Shown here piece after piece: positions 20,360-30,051 of a stretch of DNA of 64,000 nt. Numbering within the stretch: position 1 is the stretch's first letter; each line of letters begins with the position of its first letter. The notes under the pieces were generated by a model, which searched no databases, was not told where the DNA came from, and saw only the letters and a list, made by a program, of their open reading frames with translations. Made by a program: the position numbers and the translations under genes. The stretch is from an uncultured delta proteobacterium (GTDB lineage Bacteria > Desulfobacterota > Syntrophorhabdia > Syntrophorhabdales > WCHB1-27). The DNA lies in contig CAWEPK010000001.1 in assembly GCA_963810935.1 (NCBI GenBank), forward strand, positions 122,546 through 186,545, given 5' to 3'.

Positions 20360-21925
20360 ATGAGGCCGCCCGCAGCTTACAGCCAGGGAGAGATCACCAT
20401 CGACAGCCGCTACCTCCAGACCTGCGACATCCCGACGGCCAAGCCGAGGGTGGAGCCGTTTACGCTCGTCATCATGGGAGGCGCGGGAGACCTTAGTAAA
20501 AGGAAGCTGGTCCCCTCCCTCTTCCACCTCTTCGCGGGCGGCGAGCTGCCCGATAATTTCACCGTGTTGGCCTTCGACAGGATAAATATGGACGCGGACG
20601 GCTACCGTTCAATGATGGAAGAGGCGGCAAAGCAGTTCAACGACACGACCCTGAATGCAGAGAAGTGGGCGGAGTTCAGCCGCCATATGTTTTATGTCCT
20701 CGGCACGTTCGAGCAGGATGGGAGCTTCGAGAATCTGCGGACCGAGATCGAGCGGGTCGGACCGCCCACGTCTCGCGGGGTCAGGGACGTCTTTTACTAC
20801 ATGGCGGTGCCCCCTAATGTCGTGCCGATGGCCGTACAGAAGATGAAGGCCCACGGCCTCTGCAAGGGGACGTTCCAGACCAGGATAGTGGTCGAGAAGC
20901 CTTTCGGGGAGGACCGCAAGTCTGCCGCCCGGCTGAACAGGATCATCACTGGCGCCTTCGATGAGAACCAGGTATACCGCATCGACCACTATCTGGCCAA
21001 GGAGCCCGTAGACAACATACTCTTTTTCCGCTTTTCAAACGCGGTCTTCGAGGAGGTCTGGAACAGGCGCTACGTGGACAACGTGCAGGTGACGGTAGCC
21101 GAGGAGATAGGCATCGAGCACAGGGGCGCGTTCTACGAAAGCGCGGGCGTCGTGCGCGACATCGTGCAGAACCACGTGCTGCAAGCCATCTCCCTTATGG
21201 CCCTGGAGCCGCCGATAGGCTTTGTGCCCGAGTTTATAAGGGACGAGAAGACGAAGATCGTACGCGCCATAAGACCCGTAGACGCGGACTATATCGACAG
21301 GTTCATGGTCAGGGGCCAGTACGGGCCGGGTGTCGTAGACGGCAAGGAGGTCCCGGGCTACAGGAGCGAGGCGTCCGTTTCTCCTGCCTCGACCACCCCT
21401 ACGTTCTTTGCCGGTAGGTTCCTCATCGACAACCTGCGCTGGGCGGGCGTACCCTTCTACATCAGGACAGGCAAGAGGATGCCGAGGCGCGTAACGGAGA
21501 TCTGCATACAGTTCAAGAGCCTCCCGCTGCGTCTCTTCGGACGGACCTGCGATGTGCTTGAGCCGAACGTACTTACCCTCACGATCCAGCCGGACGAGCA
21601 TATAGCCCTGAGCTTCCTCGTCAAGTACCCTTTTTCCTCCAACCAGCTTTACCCGGTGCGCATGGACTTCAGCTATAAGGAGGCGTTCAAGACGCCGTAC
21701 CTAGACGATTACGCGCGGATCCTGCTCGACATGGTAAGGGGAGACCTGACGCTTTTCGTCAGGGAGGACACCATAGAGGAGATGTGGGGCGTAGTAGACC
21801 CGATCAACGAGCGCTGGGAGTCGAACCCACCTCCCGATTTCCCTAACTACCAGGCAGGCACGTGGGGCCCTTCCGGGGCGGAAACGCTCATGCAGCAGGA
21901 AGGCAGGTCTTGGCTCACCACGTGA
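20360..21925 (+). CDS. zwf: Glucose-6-phosphate 1-dehydrogenase
   Basis: GGAGDLSKRKL, EKPFG, YRIDHYLAKE, RDIVQNH, RWAGVPFYIRTGKRM. Confidence 0.96.
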   Translation: MRPPAAYSQGEITIDSRYLQTCDIPTAKPRVEPFTLVIMGGAGDLSKRKLVPSLFHLFAGGELPDNFTVLAFDRINMDADGYRSMMEEAAKQFNDTTLNAEKWAEFSRHMFYVLGTFEQDGSFENLRTEIERVGPPTSRGVRDVFYYMAVPPNVVPMAVQKMKAHGLCKGTFQTRIVVEKPFGEDRKSAARLNRIITGAFDENQVYRIDHYLAKEPVDNILFFRFSNAVFEEVWNRRYVDNVQVTVAEEIGIEHRGAFYESAGVVRDIVQNHVLQAISLMALEPPIGFVPEFIRDEKTKIVRAIRPVDADYIDRFMVRGQYGPGVVDGKEVPGYRSEASVSPASTTPTFFAGRFLIDNLRWAGVPFYIRTGKRMPRRVTEICIQFKSLPLRLFGRTCDVLEPNVLTLTIQPDEHIALSFLVKYPFSSNQLYPVRMDFSYKEAFKTPYLDDYARILLDMVRGDLTLFVREDTIEEMWGVVDPINERWESNPPPDFPNYQAGTWGPSGAETLMQQEGRSWLTT

Positions 21926-22686
21926 CGGGCGGGCAGGGCATCAGCATCGTCGTTTTCGATGCACCGTCCTCGATATACCAATACATGCTAGAGAAATTCC
22001 GGGAGATATCGTCTGCGGCCGCCGCCGAACGTGGGTTCTGCACGGTGGCCCTGTCGGGCGGGCAAACACCCGTCGGTTTTTACAGGGAAGCGGCTGCCGC
22101 GGAAGACATCGATTGGAGCAGGACGCATATTTTCCAGGTAGACGAGCGGTTTGTGCCGCCTTCCGACAGCCGCAGCAACTTCCGCATGATAAGGCAAAAC
22201 CTTCTTGACCCGGCGGCGGTCCCCGGCGGGAATGTCTATCCCATACCCGTGAGAGGGGCGGATGCCGATGCCTGCGCGGTCGAATACGCACGCGAGATCC
22301 GCGCCTTCTTTGCTGCCAGGGCCGGCGTTACGGCCGAAGAGATGCCCAGGTTCGACCTGGTCATGCTCGGGATGGGCGAAGACGGTCACACGGCGTCCCT
22401 CTTCCCTGCCTCCGGCGCACTGGAGGAGACGGGACAGCTTGCGCGTGCCGTACCCCCGGAAGGCGAGCGGATTGCCCGCATTACCCTGACCCTGCCCGTT
22501 ATCAACAACGCCAGAAACGTCTTCTTTCTCGTGATGGGGAAGGGCAAGGCGGAGGCGCTCCGGCGGGTGGCCGACGAGGGTGATGCGAGCCTGCCGGCCG
22601 CGCGCATCCGGCCGCATAGGGGAAGCCTGGCCTTTCTGTGCGACAAGGCCGCCGCTTCGCAACTGGCCGCCTTTATCAGGCCGTGA
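21922..22686 (+). CDS. pgl: 6-phosphogluconolactonase
   Basis: ALSGGQTP, DERFVP, LGMGEDGHTASLFP. Confidence 0.94.
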   Translation: MTGGQGISIVVFDAPSSIYQYMLEKFREISSAAAAERGFCTVALSGGQTPVGFYREAAAAEDIDWSRTHIFQVDERFVPPSDSRSNFRMIRQNLLDPAAVPGGNVYPIPVRGADADACAVEYAREIRAFFAARAGVTAEEMPRFDLVMLGMGEDGHTASLFPASGALEETGQLARAVPPEGERIARITLTLPVINNARNVFFLVMGKGKAEALRRVADEGDASLPAARIRPHRGSLAFLCDKAAASQLAAFIRP

Positions 22687-22735
22687 TCTTCTCGCGCCTT
22701 TTTATCGTTGTCTTGGCCGGATTTCCTGACGGTAC

Positions 22736-23137
22736 TTACTGAACCGGCGTAAAGCCGTACTGGCGGAAATGGCTGTCGAACGTAAAGACCGTTTTAATGC
22801 CCAGATCGCGCATAACTTCAAAACTTACGCAATCGACCAGGCTCAGGCCCCTTCTCGATGCGGCAAGCAAGGCCGCGATGCCAAGGCGATGTGTTTCCGG
22901 AGTGACGAATTCAACCGAGAGCACCGGCACGATACTTTCCTGGAATTCCCTCACTGCCTCAAGCCCCAGCCTACTCTGAACGAGGGCGAAGGTCTCCACG
23001 AGAACGTAGTTCGTCGTAACCATATTCTCGTCGGACCCCATGATTTGCCGTCGCCAGGTCTCGGCCGATCGCACATGGTTTTCGTCGTCTGCGTCGAGCA
23101 GGGCGTAGAGAGCGGATGTATCGGCGAAGACTGCCAT
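22736..23137 (-). CDS. vapC: PIN-domain toxin (VapC family)
   Basis: VFADTSA, VLVET, SLVDCVSF, TFDSHF. Confidence 0.92.
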   Translation of the reverse strand: MAVFADTSALYALLDADDENHVRSAETWRRQIMGSDENMVTTNYVLVETFALVQSRLGLEAVREFQESIVPVLSVEFVTPETHRLGIAALLAASRRGLSLVDCVSFEVMRDLGIKTVFTFDSHFRQYGFTPVQ

Positions 23138-23383
23138 CTACTTGAGCGCCTCGGCTATATAGGCATCATGTCTCCTCGACACGTCTTTCTTGCCCGACCG
23201 GAACTTTCCAACTATACCGAGCGCCCGCTTGTGCCTATCCCCTGAAACTGTATGTGCTTTGGGCTCGATTGCGCCTTCAACGGCATCGCGGATAACCTCT
23301 GCCATCGATACCCCCCGGCGGGCCGCTATCTTCTTCACCTTTATTGCCTGTTCCTCTGTCAACTGAATCTGCGTCCTGACCAT
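23138..23383 (-). CDS. CopG/RHH antitoxin
   Basis: MVRTQIQLTEEQ...SMAEVIRDAV...DVSRRHDAYI directly upstream of the PIN toxin. Confidence 0.88.
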   Translation of the reverse strand: MVRTQIQLTEEQAIKVKKIAARRGVSMAEVIRDAVEGAIEPKAHTVSGDRHKRALGIVGKFRSGKKDVSRRHDAYIAEALK

Positions 23384-23410
23384 TTGAATGCCTCCATGAT
23401 GGCACAAGCA

Positions 23411-23445
23411 GATTACATGATAACACTTCATGCAATCATTGTCAA
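23411..23445 (-). promoter_or_regulatory. Toxin-antitoxin promoter with overlapping inverted-repeat operator
   Basis: TTGACA-N17-TATCAT; inverted repeat GATTACATGA-N7-TCATGCAATC (23411-23437). Confidence 0.7.
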
Positions 23446-23537
23446 TCCGATCCGCTATTCGCAAGTAGGCAAGCCGCTTCACCGCCAGCGACACCTGTAT
23501 TATATTACCCCTATCTATGTAATACAGGAGACTTGAC

Positions 23538-26500
23538 ATGAAAAGAAGGAGCATAACGGTAGACGGCTGCACCGCCTGCGCGCACGTCGTGCATGCGACG
23601 AACGAGATCATCACCATTTATCCGATCACCCCGTCCTCCCCCATCGCGGAAATTTGCGACAGCAAGAGCGCGGCAGGCCAGACGAACGTATGGGGCTTCG
23701 TGCCGAGGGTAACGGAGATGCAGTCGGAGGCAGGGGCGGCCGGGGCGGTCCACGGGTCGCTCTCCACCGGCTCCCTGACGACGACCATCACCGCCTCGCA
23801 GGGGCTGCTCCTGATGATACCCGACATGTACAAGATAGCGGGCGAGCTGACCCCCACGGTCTTCCACGTCACTGCCCGCGCCCTGGCCGTGCAGGCCCTC
23901 TCGATATTCGGCGACCATTCCGATGTAATGTCGGTCCGCTCCACTGGCTTCGCCATGCTCTGCTCGGCGAGCGTCCAGGAGGCGATGGACTTCGCCCTTA
24001 TCGCCCAGGCGGCCACCCTGGGGTCGCGCGTTCCCTTCCTCCATTTCTTCGACGGCTTCAGGACGTCTCACGAGATACAGAAGATCGAGGAGCTCTCCTT
24101 CGACGACATGCGGCAGATGATCGACGAGGAGTTGATCTTTGCGCACAGGGGAAGGGGCCTTTCGCCCGACCACCCCGTCATGCGCGGCACGTCCCAGAAC
24201 CCGGACGTCTACTTCCAGGGCAGGGAGACGGTCAACAAGTTCTACCTGAAGGCGCCCGAGATCACGAAAAACTGTATGGACCGCTTCGCCGGTATCGCCG
24301 GGCGCTCTTACAAGCTCTATGAGTACTATGGCGCGCCCGACGCGGAGAGGGTCATAGTACTCATGGGGTCCGCCTCCGAGACCGTACGCAGCACCATTGA
24401 CTTTCTGGCGGCCTCCGGGGATGCGAAGCTGGGCCTTGTTACAGTGCGCCTGTTCCGCCCCTTCTCCGTCCCGGATTTCGTAGCCGCCATTCCGAAAAGC
24501 GCATCCGCGATAGCCGTGCTGGACCGCACGAAGGAAACGGCAGCGCCGGGCGAGCCGCTCTACATGGACGTGCGTACTGCAATAGGCGAGGCGATGGAAA
24601 CCCACGAGGCGCCTTTCGACCGCTTCCCGAAGGTCGTCGGAGGCATCTACGGTCTCGGCTCGAAGGACTTTACCCCGGCCATGGTCAAGGCAGTCTTCGA
24701 TAATCTGGCTGCGGACGTGCCGAAGAACCGCTTTACTGTCGGCATTACCGACGACGTTACGAACAGGAGCCTGGACGTAGACCAGGGGTTTACCATCGAG
24801 GGTACGGGTGTTTCTGGAGGCATGTTTTTCGGCCTCGGCGCGGACGGCACGGTCGGGGCGAATAAGAGCACGATCAAGATTATCGGCGGAGAGACGGACA
24901 ATTACGCGCAGGGCTACTTCGTCTATGACTCCAAGAAATCGGGCTCCATCACCGTCTCGCACCTGCGCTTCGGCAAGGAGCCGATCCGCAACCCCTACCT
25001 TTTGTCGAAGGCCACCTTCATTGCCTGCCACAACCCGTCGTTCCTCAAAACCTATGACATGCTCGCCTCGGCCGCGGAAGGCGGCGTATTCCTGCTGACA
25101 ACCTCCCAGCCGAAGGAAAAGGTGTGGGACAGCCTGCCCCTCGAGGTGCAGCGGCAGCTCATCGAAAAAAAGATGCGCCTCTTCATCATCGACGCGGTGG
25201 CCCTCGCGGAAGAGCTGGGGCTGGGCAGCCGCATCAACATGATAATGCAGACCGCCTTCTTCGTAATCTCGGAGATTATACCGAAGGAAGACGCAATCCG
25301 CTCGATCAAGGAGCAGATCAAGAAGACGTACACAAAGAAGGGAGAGGAAGTGGTGAAGATGAACTACGCCTCCGTCGACCAGGCGCTTCGCAATATCGTG
25401 GAAGTGCCCGTGCCGGGCCGCGCAACCGGCAAGCCGATGCGCGGCCCCGTTGTGCCGGATTCGCCGCCCTTCGTCAGGGACGTCCTGGCGCCTATGATCG
25501 CCATGAGGGGCGACGACCTGCCCGTATCCGCCATGCCGGTGGACGGCACCTGGCCGACCGGTACAACACAGTACGAAAAGCGGCGTGTCGCGGTGCACAT
25601 CCCGGTTTGGGAGCCGGACATATGCATACAGTGCGGCCTCTGCTCGTACGTCTGCCCCCACGCCACGATCCGCATGAACGCCTATGACCCCGCCGTGCTC
25701 GTAAGCGCGCCGGCCGCGTTCAAGTCGGCGGATGCCAAGGGCAAGGAGCTTGCAGGGCTCAAGTTCACCGTGCAGGTCGCCGCTGAGGATTGCACCGGTT
25801 GCGGCTCCTGCGTCTACGCATGTCCGGCGCACAAGAAGGACGCGAAGCGGCAAGCCGATGCCCGATTTCAAGGCGATCAACATGTTCCTTGCCGAGCCGA
25901 TAATGGACCGGGAGGCCGCCAACTACGCGTTCTTCAGCTCCCTGCCCCTTCTCCCCCCGTCCCGGTACAGCGTGCGCAACGTAAAGGGGAGCCAGTTCGC
26001 GACGAGCCTCTTCGAGTACCACAGCGCCTGCGCCGGGTGCGGAGAGACACCGTACATCAGACTCCTCACACAGCTTTTCGGCGACCGCCTGCTAATCGGG
26101 AACGCGACGGGATGCAGCTCCATTTACGGCGGCAACCTGCCCACGATCCCGTACACTAAGCGTGCCGACGGGCGCGGCCCTGCGTGGTCGAACTCGCTCT
26201 TCGAGGACAACGCCGAGTTCGCCTTCGGCATGGGGCAGACGGTCAGGCGCTTCGCTGCCGAGGCCAGATTGCTTCTGCAAAAAATGTCTCAGTCGGCAGA
26301 CGCGCGGAAAGGCGACCTTATCACGGCGATACTTTCCGACGGAAACGGCAAGGCGGACGGAGACGACAGGCAGGCAATCGAGGAAAAGAGGGCAAAGATA
26401 GAAGACCTGAAAAAGCTGCTCGTAAACGATGCATCGCCCGGAAGCGCGCAGGCTCCTCTCCGTTATCGATTACATCATACGCAAGAGCGTCTGGGCGATA

Positions 26501-27139
26501 GGGGGCGACGGCTGGGCCTATGATATAGGCTACGGCGGCCTCGACCACGTGCTGGCGACGGGTCAGAAGACGAATATCCTCGTCCTCGACACGGAGGTCT
26601 ACTCGAATACGGGCGGGCAGATGTCGAAATCGACGCCCATCGGCGCGATTGCAGAGTTTGCCGCGGGAGGCAAGGCCATACCCAAAAAAGGGCTCGCCCT
26701 CATGACGACCACGTACGGCTACGTCTACGTCGCGCAAGTCTGCTTCGGCGCGAACCCGGCGCAGACGCTGCGCGCGCTGCTCGAAGCTGAAAGCTTCGAC
26801 GGGCCGTCGCTCGTCGTCGCTTACTCCACCTGCATAGCCCAAGGCATCGACATGGGGAAGGGGATCGAGGAGATGCGGCGGGCCGTGGCGTCCGGCCACT
26901 GGCCGCTTTTCAGGTACAACCCGGACCTCCTGAAGGAAGGCAAAAACCCGCTGACCGTCGACAGCCAGGAGCCGACCTTGCCGCTAGACCAATACGCATA
27001 CGGGGAGAACCGCTACCGGGCGCTTAGGATGAGCAGGCCGGAGCTTGCGGCCGAGTTGGTGAAGCAGGCGCAGGAGGCGGTAAAGTTACGCTGGAGCTAT
27101 CTGAAGCACATGGCGGCCTGGCAGCCGCCTGCCGGGTAA
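23538..27139 (+). CDS. nifJ: Pyruvate:ferredoxin (flavodoxin) oxidoreductase (apparent +1 errors near 25845 and 26440)
   Basis: YPITPSS, MQSEAGAAG, GLGADGTVG, two CxxCxxC motifs, ACAGCGETPY, GGDGWAYDIG spread over three consecutive frames. Confidence 0.95.
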
Positions 27140-27204
27140 AAAGCCTCACACGACGCGGTCCCTGGCCACGTATCCGTTGTCTGCAAATTGGCGGCTGAAA
27201 TAAG

Positions 27205-27272
27205 AACGGGGTGGGATTGCCGGATTTAACTACGGAGCGCTCGCATGATGCACCCGACTATTGCCCACCCTC
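27205..27272 (-). ncRNA. Short structured RNA (GUCGG...CCGUAG...CCGGC core, reminiscent of the Acido-Lenti-1 motif)
   Basis: Promoter TTGACA-N17-TATGTT (27307-27279); closing stem GGGTGGG/CCCACCC; inner stem GTCGGGT/ATCCGGC. Family resemblance is from memory only. Confidence 0.55.
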
Positions 27273-27353
27273 AACGTAAACATAATGGTGGCGTTCGGGG
27301 GTGTCAAGAACGGCCCGGACATTTTTTGCATTAACTTTCAAACGGTATTGTGC

Positions 27354-27501
27354 AAAAAAGAGGTGGGTCGAGGCTCGTGTGCGAAACATCCTGGGGATCG
27401 GCCCGTTCGCCATATTTCACTGAGAAGATTCTCGCCTCCCGGTTTGCACTGCCCCTTGTGCGCTACCGGATCCTCTCAGTTACTCTACCCTCTTCCCACC
27501 T
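27354..27501 (-). ncRNA. About 145-nt structured RNA of unknown family
   Basis: Promoter TTGACA-N16-TATAAT (27535-27508); closing stem AGGTGGG/CCCACCT followed by T6; inner stems ACTGAGAGGAT/ATCTTCTCAGT, CCGGT/ACCGG, GCGAA/TTCGC. Confidence 0.65.
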
Positions 27502-27611
27502 GATTCAATTATAAGGCACGGTAGAATAATGTCAAGTCCAGCAAATTATTTAAGCGGCCGGGGCCGCCTCTTGCCCCCACCGTCCGGTTAATATACAATT
27601 ACGCAAACGCC

Positions 27612-28046
27612 ATGAACTACGGTATCGCCTCTGTCCTCAAGAAAGGCTTCTTCAACGGCCTCTCCGTCACCTTGGAGATGGTAAAGGTGATAGTTCCCTT
27701 CTACCTCCTCGTCGAGATTGCCAGGCACCTCGGGATCATCAAGCTCGTAGGCGGGTTCTTCGGCCCGTTCATGCACCTGTTCGGCCTGCCGGGGGAAGCT
27801 GGCCTTGCGTTGATAGCGGGGTACACGGCGAACATGTACGCGGCCATCGCCGTGCTCTCGCCCCTCCACCTTTCGCCGAGAGACGTGACGACCGTCGCAC
27901 TGATGCTCGGAATAGCACACAGCCTGCCGGTGGAGACACCCATTACAAAGAAAACCGGAGTGAGCGCGTCCTTCATGTTCCTCGTCAGGATCGTTTTCAG
28001 CCTGCTCGTGGGGATGGCGCTCAACTTGATATGGAAATTATTCTGA
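27612..28046 (+). CDS. Nucleoside-recognition (Gate) domain membrane protein
   Basis: PFMHLFGLPGEAGLAL...NMYAAI...AHSLPVE. Confidence 0.75.
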   Translation: MNYGIASVLKKGFFNGLSVTLEMVKVIVPFYLLVEIARHLGIIKLVGGFFGPFMHLFGLPGEAGLALIAGYTANMYAAIAVLSPLHLSPRDVTTVALMLGIAHSLPVETPITKKTGVSASFMFLVRIVFSLLVGMALNLIWKLF

Positions 28047-28462
28047 CCTCCCTTTTTGGCGCCCTGCGCCTCTGCGCTATGCTGTTCTGCATCATCGTGC
28101 CCCTCACTATGTTCTACGAGCTGGTGAAGTCGAGGCAGGCGGCGCTGGCCGCGAAAAACAGGACGTTCATGGGGCTGTCCGGCAAAGGGCTGATACCGCT
28201 CCTTACGGGCATAATAGTCGGGATTACTTACGGGGCGGGCGTGATTATCCATTCGATACGCTCGACGGACATAGGGAAAGACGAGGCGTTCCTTATCATG
28301 CTATACCTGTCCGTCTGCCACGCCATGATCGAGGACACGCTGATATTCGTCGTCATCGGCGCGAACGGCTTGATCCTTATCATTGCGCGCTTTTTTCTCG
28401 CAACGGCCCTCACCTATGCCGTTTACAGGTTCCGCATGTACAGGCTGCGTCGGAATATTTAA
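28031..28462 (+). CDS. Nucleoside-recognition (Gate) domain membrane protein, partner
   Basis: GIIVGITYGAGVI...CHAMIEDTLIFVVIGA. Confidence 0.75.
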   Translation: MEIILTSLFGALRLCAMLFCIIVPLTMFYELVKSRQAALAAKNRTFMGLSGKGLIPLLTGIIVGITYGAGVIIHSIRSTDIGKDEAFLIMLYLSVCHAMIEDTLIFVVIGANGLILIIARFFLATALTYAVYRFRMYRLRRNI

Positions 28463-29712
28463 ATCGATTTGAGGAGGGCGGGCAGGGCCTGCGGGTCGAG
28501 GGGCATCTCCCTCTGGCTGCCGTCCTTCATGTCGCGCACCAGTATTATGCTGCGTGCCAGCTCATCCCCCGCGAGGATGAGCACGTAGTCGGCGCCCAGG
28601 CTGTTCGCGTGCTTCATCTGCGACTTGAGGGAGCCTGCGGGCTCTGCGTAGGCAAGCTGCATACCGGCCAAGACGAATGCGTCAAGGAGCGGTATGACCC
28701 GGGACCTCGCGTCATCTCCCACGGCTGCAAGGAAATAAAGCGGCATTTTCTTTTCCGGCTGTTTACCTGCGATCAGGGCAAGGCGCTCCATGCCGATGGC
28801 GAACCCGCATCCGGGCACGGACGGGCCGCCCATCTCCTCAACGAGGTTGTCGTACCTGCCGCCTGCCGCGAACGCCTTCTGGCTGCCTATGTCCTGCGAG
28901 GTCGCCTCGAAGACGGTCCGCGTGTAATAATCGAGGCCGCGCACGAGCCGCTTGTTCACGATGAACGGCACGCGCAGTTTTCCGAGGTGGTCCTGGAACC
29001 GATCAAAGTGGGACCTGCAATCCGGGCAGAGGTAATCGAAGAGTACAGGCGCCTCGGCTATAATGCGGCCGCACTGCTCGACCTTGCAGTCGAATACCCG
29101 CAATGGGTTCCTGTCGAGCCGTCCCACGCAGTCCTCGCAGAGGCCCTCTTTTCGGCCTTCGAGGAAGGCAACGAGGGCGCCTCTGAAGCCCTCCCTGCAC
29201 GCCTTGCACCCGACGCTGTTGACCTCCATCGCGTAATTTGCCACGCCCAGGTTAGATGCGACGAGGGCGATCATCCACACCAGCTCCGCGTCCACCATAG
29301 GACCGGGGCTGCCGAAGACCTCGGCGTCCACCTGATAGAACTGCCTGAACCTCCCTTTCTGCGGCCGCTCGTGGCGGAACATGGGGCCTATGCTGAAGAG
29401 CCTGCTCGTCCTCTCCTTCGCGTAGAGGGAAGCCTGGAGGTACGCCCGCACAAGGCCGGCCGTAGCCTCCGGCCGAAGGGTGACGGAGTCGCCGCTGCGG
29501 TCGGTGAAGGTGAACATCTCCTTCTCGACGATGTCGGTCGTATCGCCGATGCTCCTTTTGAACAGCTCGGTCTTTTCGAGGACCGGGACCTCAATCTCCT
29601 TATAGCCGAGCAGGCCGAAATAGGTCCGGGCCGTCTCCTCGATCAGCCGGAAGCGGCCTATCTCATCCCCGTATACATCCCTGAAACCACGCAATGTAGT
29701 GAAGCGTTCCAT
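28459..29712 (-). CDS. hisS: Histidine--tRNA ligase
   Basis: LRPEATA, FRHERPQKGRFRQF, LVRGLDYY, GGRYD, GFAIGMERL. Confidence 0.97.
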   Translation of the reverse strand: MERFTTLRGFRDVYGDEIGRFRLIEETARTYFGLLGYKEIEVPVLEKTELFKRSIGDTTDIVEKEMFTFTDRSGDSVTLRPEATAGLVRAYLQASLYAKERTSRLFSIGPMFRHERPQKGRFRQFYQVDAEVFGSPGPMVDAELVWMIALVASNLGVANYAMEVNSVGCKACREGFRGALVAFLEGRKEGLCEDCVGRLDRNPLRVFDCKVEQCGRIIAEAPVLFDYLCPDCRSHFDRFQDHLGKLRVPFIVNKRLVRGLDYYTRTVFEATSQDIGSQKAFAAGGRYDNLVEEMGGPSVPGCGFAIGMERLALIAGKQPEKKMPLYFLAAVGDDARSRVIPLLDAFVLAGMQLAYAEPAGSLKSQMKHANSLGADYVLILAGDELARSIILVRDMKDGSQREMPLDPQALPALLKSI

Positions 29713-29757
29713 AGCCTTCAAACTAACATCATCCGCGCTGCAAATCAACTTGTGGAT

Positions 29758-29913
29758 TCCCTGCAGCTTGCTGCAGGGAGACCTTTTTCCGCTTCGCTCC
29801 GTGGCAATTATTGGGGTTCAGCCCCCTCCACCGGCAAAGCCGGATGGAGCCTCCCCGCTCGGCGCGGCGCATACGCTTGCTTTAATACCCTGCTGCTTGC
29901 AGCAGGGTATTAA
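29758..29913. mobile_element. MITE-like element bounded by two near-identical hairpins
   Basis: TCCCTGCAGCTTGCTGCAGGGA (29758-79) and TTAATACCCTGCTGCTTGCAGCAGGGTATTAA (29882-913); no ORF of note inside. Confidence 0.6.
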
Positions 29914-30051
29914 TTTATCTGGGCTGGCGTCGCCCCCTCTACGGGCAAAGCTCGCGGAGCTTCCCCTTCATAAAAAGGAAAAAGCATTTAGGGCGATGCC
30001 GCGTCTACCTTTTGACTTTACATCACGCACCTTTTCCGCTTAAATATTCCC

